This document shows, in pieces, positions 63,083 through 64,000 of a stretch of DNA of 64,000 bases. Within the stretch, counting starts at the first letter, position 1. The number at the start of each line of letters is the position of its first letter. Under the pieces are notes generated by a model. The model was given only the letters and a program-made list of their open reading frames with translations, did no database searches and was not told the DNA's origin. The DNA comes from Squalus acanthias (Eukaryota). The stretch lies in contig CM059438.1 of the NCBI GenBank assembly GCA_030390025.1, positions 69,132,001 through 69,196,000 on the forward strand, read 5' to 3'. Position numbers and translations under genes: made by a program.

Positions 63083-64000
63083 ATAAGGTCTGCTGCAATA
63101 TCGGTCATTTTTGGGTGTCTGCAGATTAATTCTGGTTAGAATCAAATTCCGAAAGAACCAATGATCCGGATTAAAAACCCATGGGGTTCATGAAGCCTTA
63201 AAAGGACATTGTCACCCAACCAGGAATAGAGCTAGCTGAGCATTTTAAATTTTACTTAACTAAACATCGCATTGCAATTCTTTTCCAGGGCACATCTTTT
63301 AAACATCTACTTTTTAATTAAAAAAATGATTTTTTTTTCATGCAGATGTATATGTCAACGACATCTGTACAAACACCAGTGACCGCCTCTGCCAGTTACT
63401 AACCAGATGTGATGGTGCCCATTTATGTTAAACATGCCAAGTTCATATCTTTGCATAACCGCTGCAAAAGTTTGGCTTTGGTTGATATTTGCAACTGGTG
63501 TAAAGTGAAATATTGTGCAACGGCATCCAAAACAATCGTCTGTAAAAATGGTTTTTGAGGCTCTGCAAAGCAGAATCCAACTCTCTGAGTAATTCCTGCT
63601 ATTCCCCTCATAAGATGTTGCATTTATGTTACTCATTGCATTGCACTGCTGCTACTTAATTGATCCTGTTCATGTTCTGTATATATGGTAGCTGCCATTA
63701 AAAAAAAGTGTTTTTTTTAAAAAACTAACCAAGTGACTTTTGTTTTGGTTTCTAATCTTGGCCAATTCATCTCCTAAAATGAATTTAGACAAACCAGTCA
63801 CTACAGTCTTCAGGTTAAAACCTAAAGTGATTTTCAGTCCAATTATATGGCACTAAATATTTTTTCTTCCCGTCTTAGGCCGCAATAAATTATTCAGAGT
63901 GTACGTGAAAAATGTGCAGGGTTATCTGGCATTGCTACTGAGAATGTGAAGTGTTGTATTCACACGGCCATTTCTTCAAATGACTGACTGCACAAGTATA

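Overview
Eukaryotic, repeat-dense genomic DNA. The repeat inventory (CR1 and L2 LINEs, Deu-domain tRNA-SINEs, Penelope-like pLTR, Harbinger derivatives) points to a cartilaginous fish, most likely a shark; this is inferred from family resemblance, not from a search. I found no intact host protein-coding exon, so the window looks intronic or intergenic, and every recognisable ORF is a decayed transposon fragment. Contents: one near-full-length CR1 (ORF1 zinc-finger/SGNH esterase plus APE-RT ORF2) with three nested insertions; several CR1 and L2 fragments; a CR1-group LINE with a tRNA-like Pol III head; five SINEs; two internally deleted PIF/Harbinger elements; several MITE families; three related 1.4-1.8 kb solo LTRs with TSDs; and a young Penelope-like insertion forming a 210-bp-arm palindrome with a minimal hammerhead ribozyme in each arm. 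The most unusual signals are four: (i) a MITE family with a promoter-like block followed by length-conserved splice acceptor/mini-exon/donor units; (ii) a second MITE family with a five-hairpin cassette behind a 3' splice site; (iii) tRNA-like Pol III motifs on a coding LINE and at LTR ends; (iv) the hammerhead palindrome.
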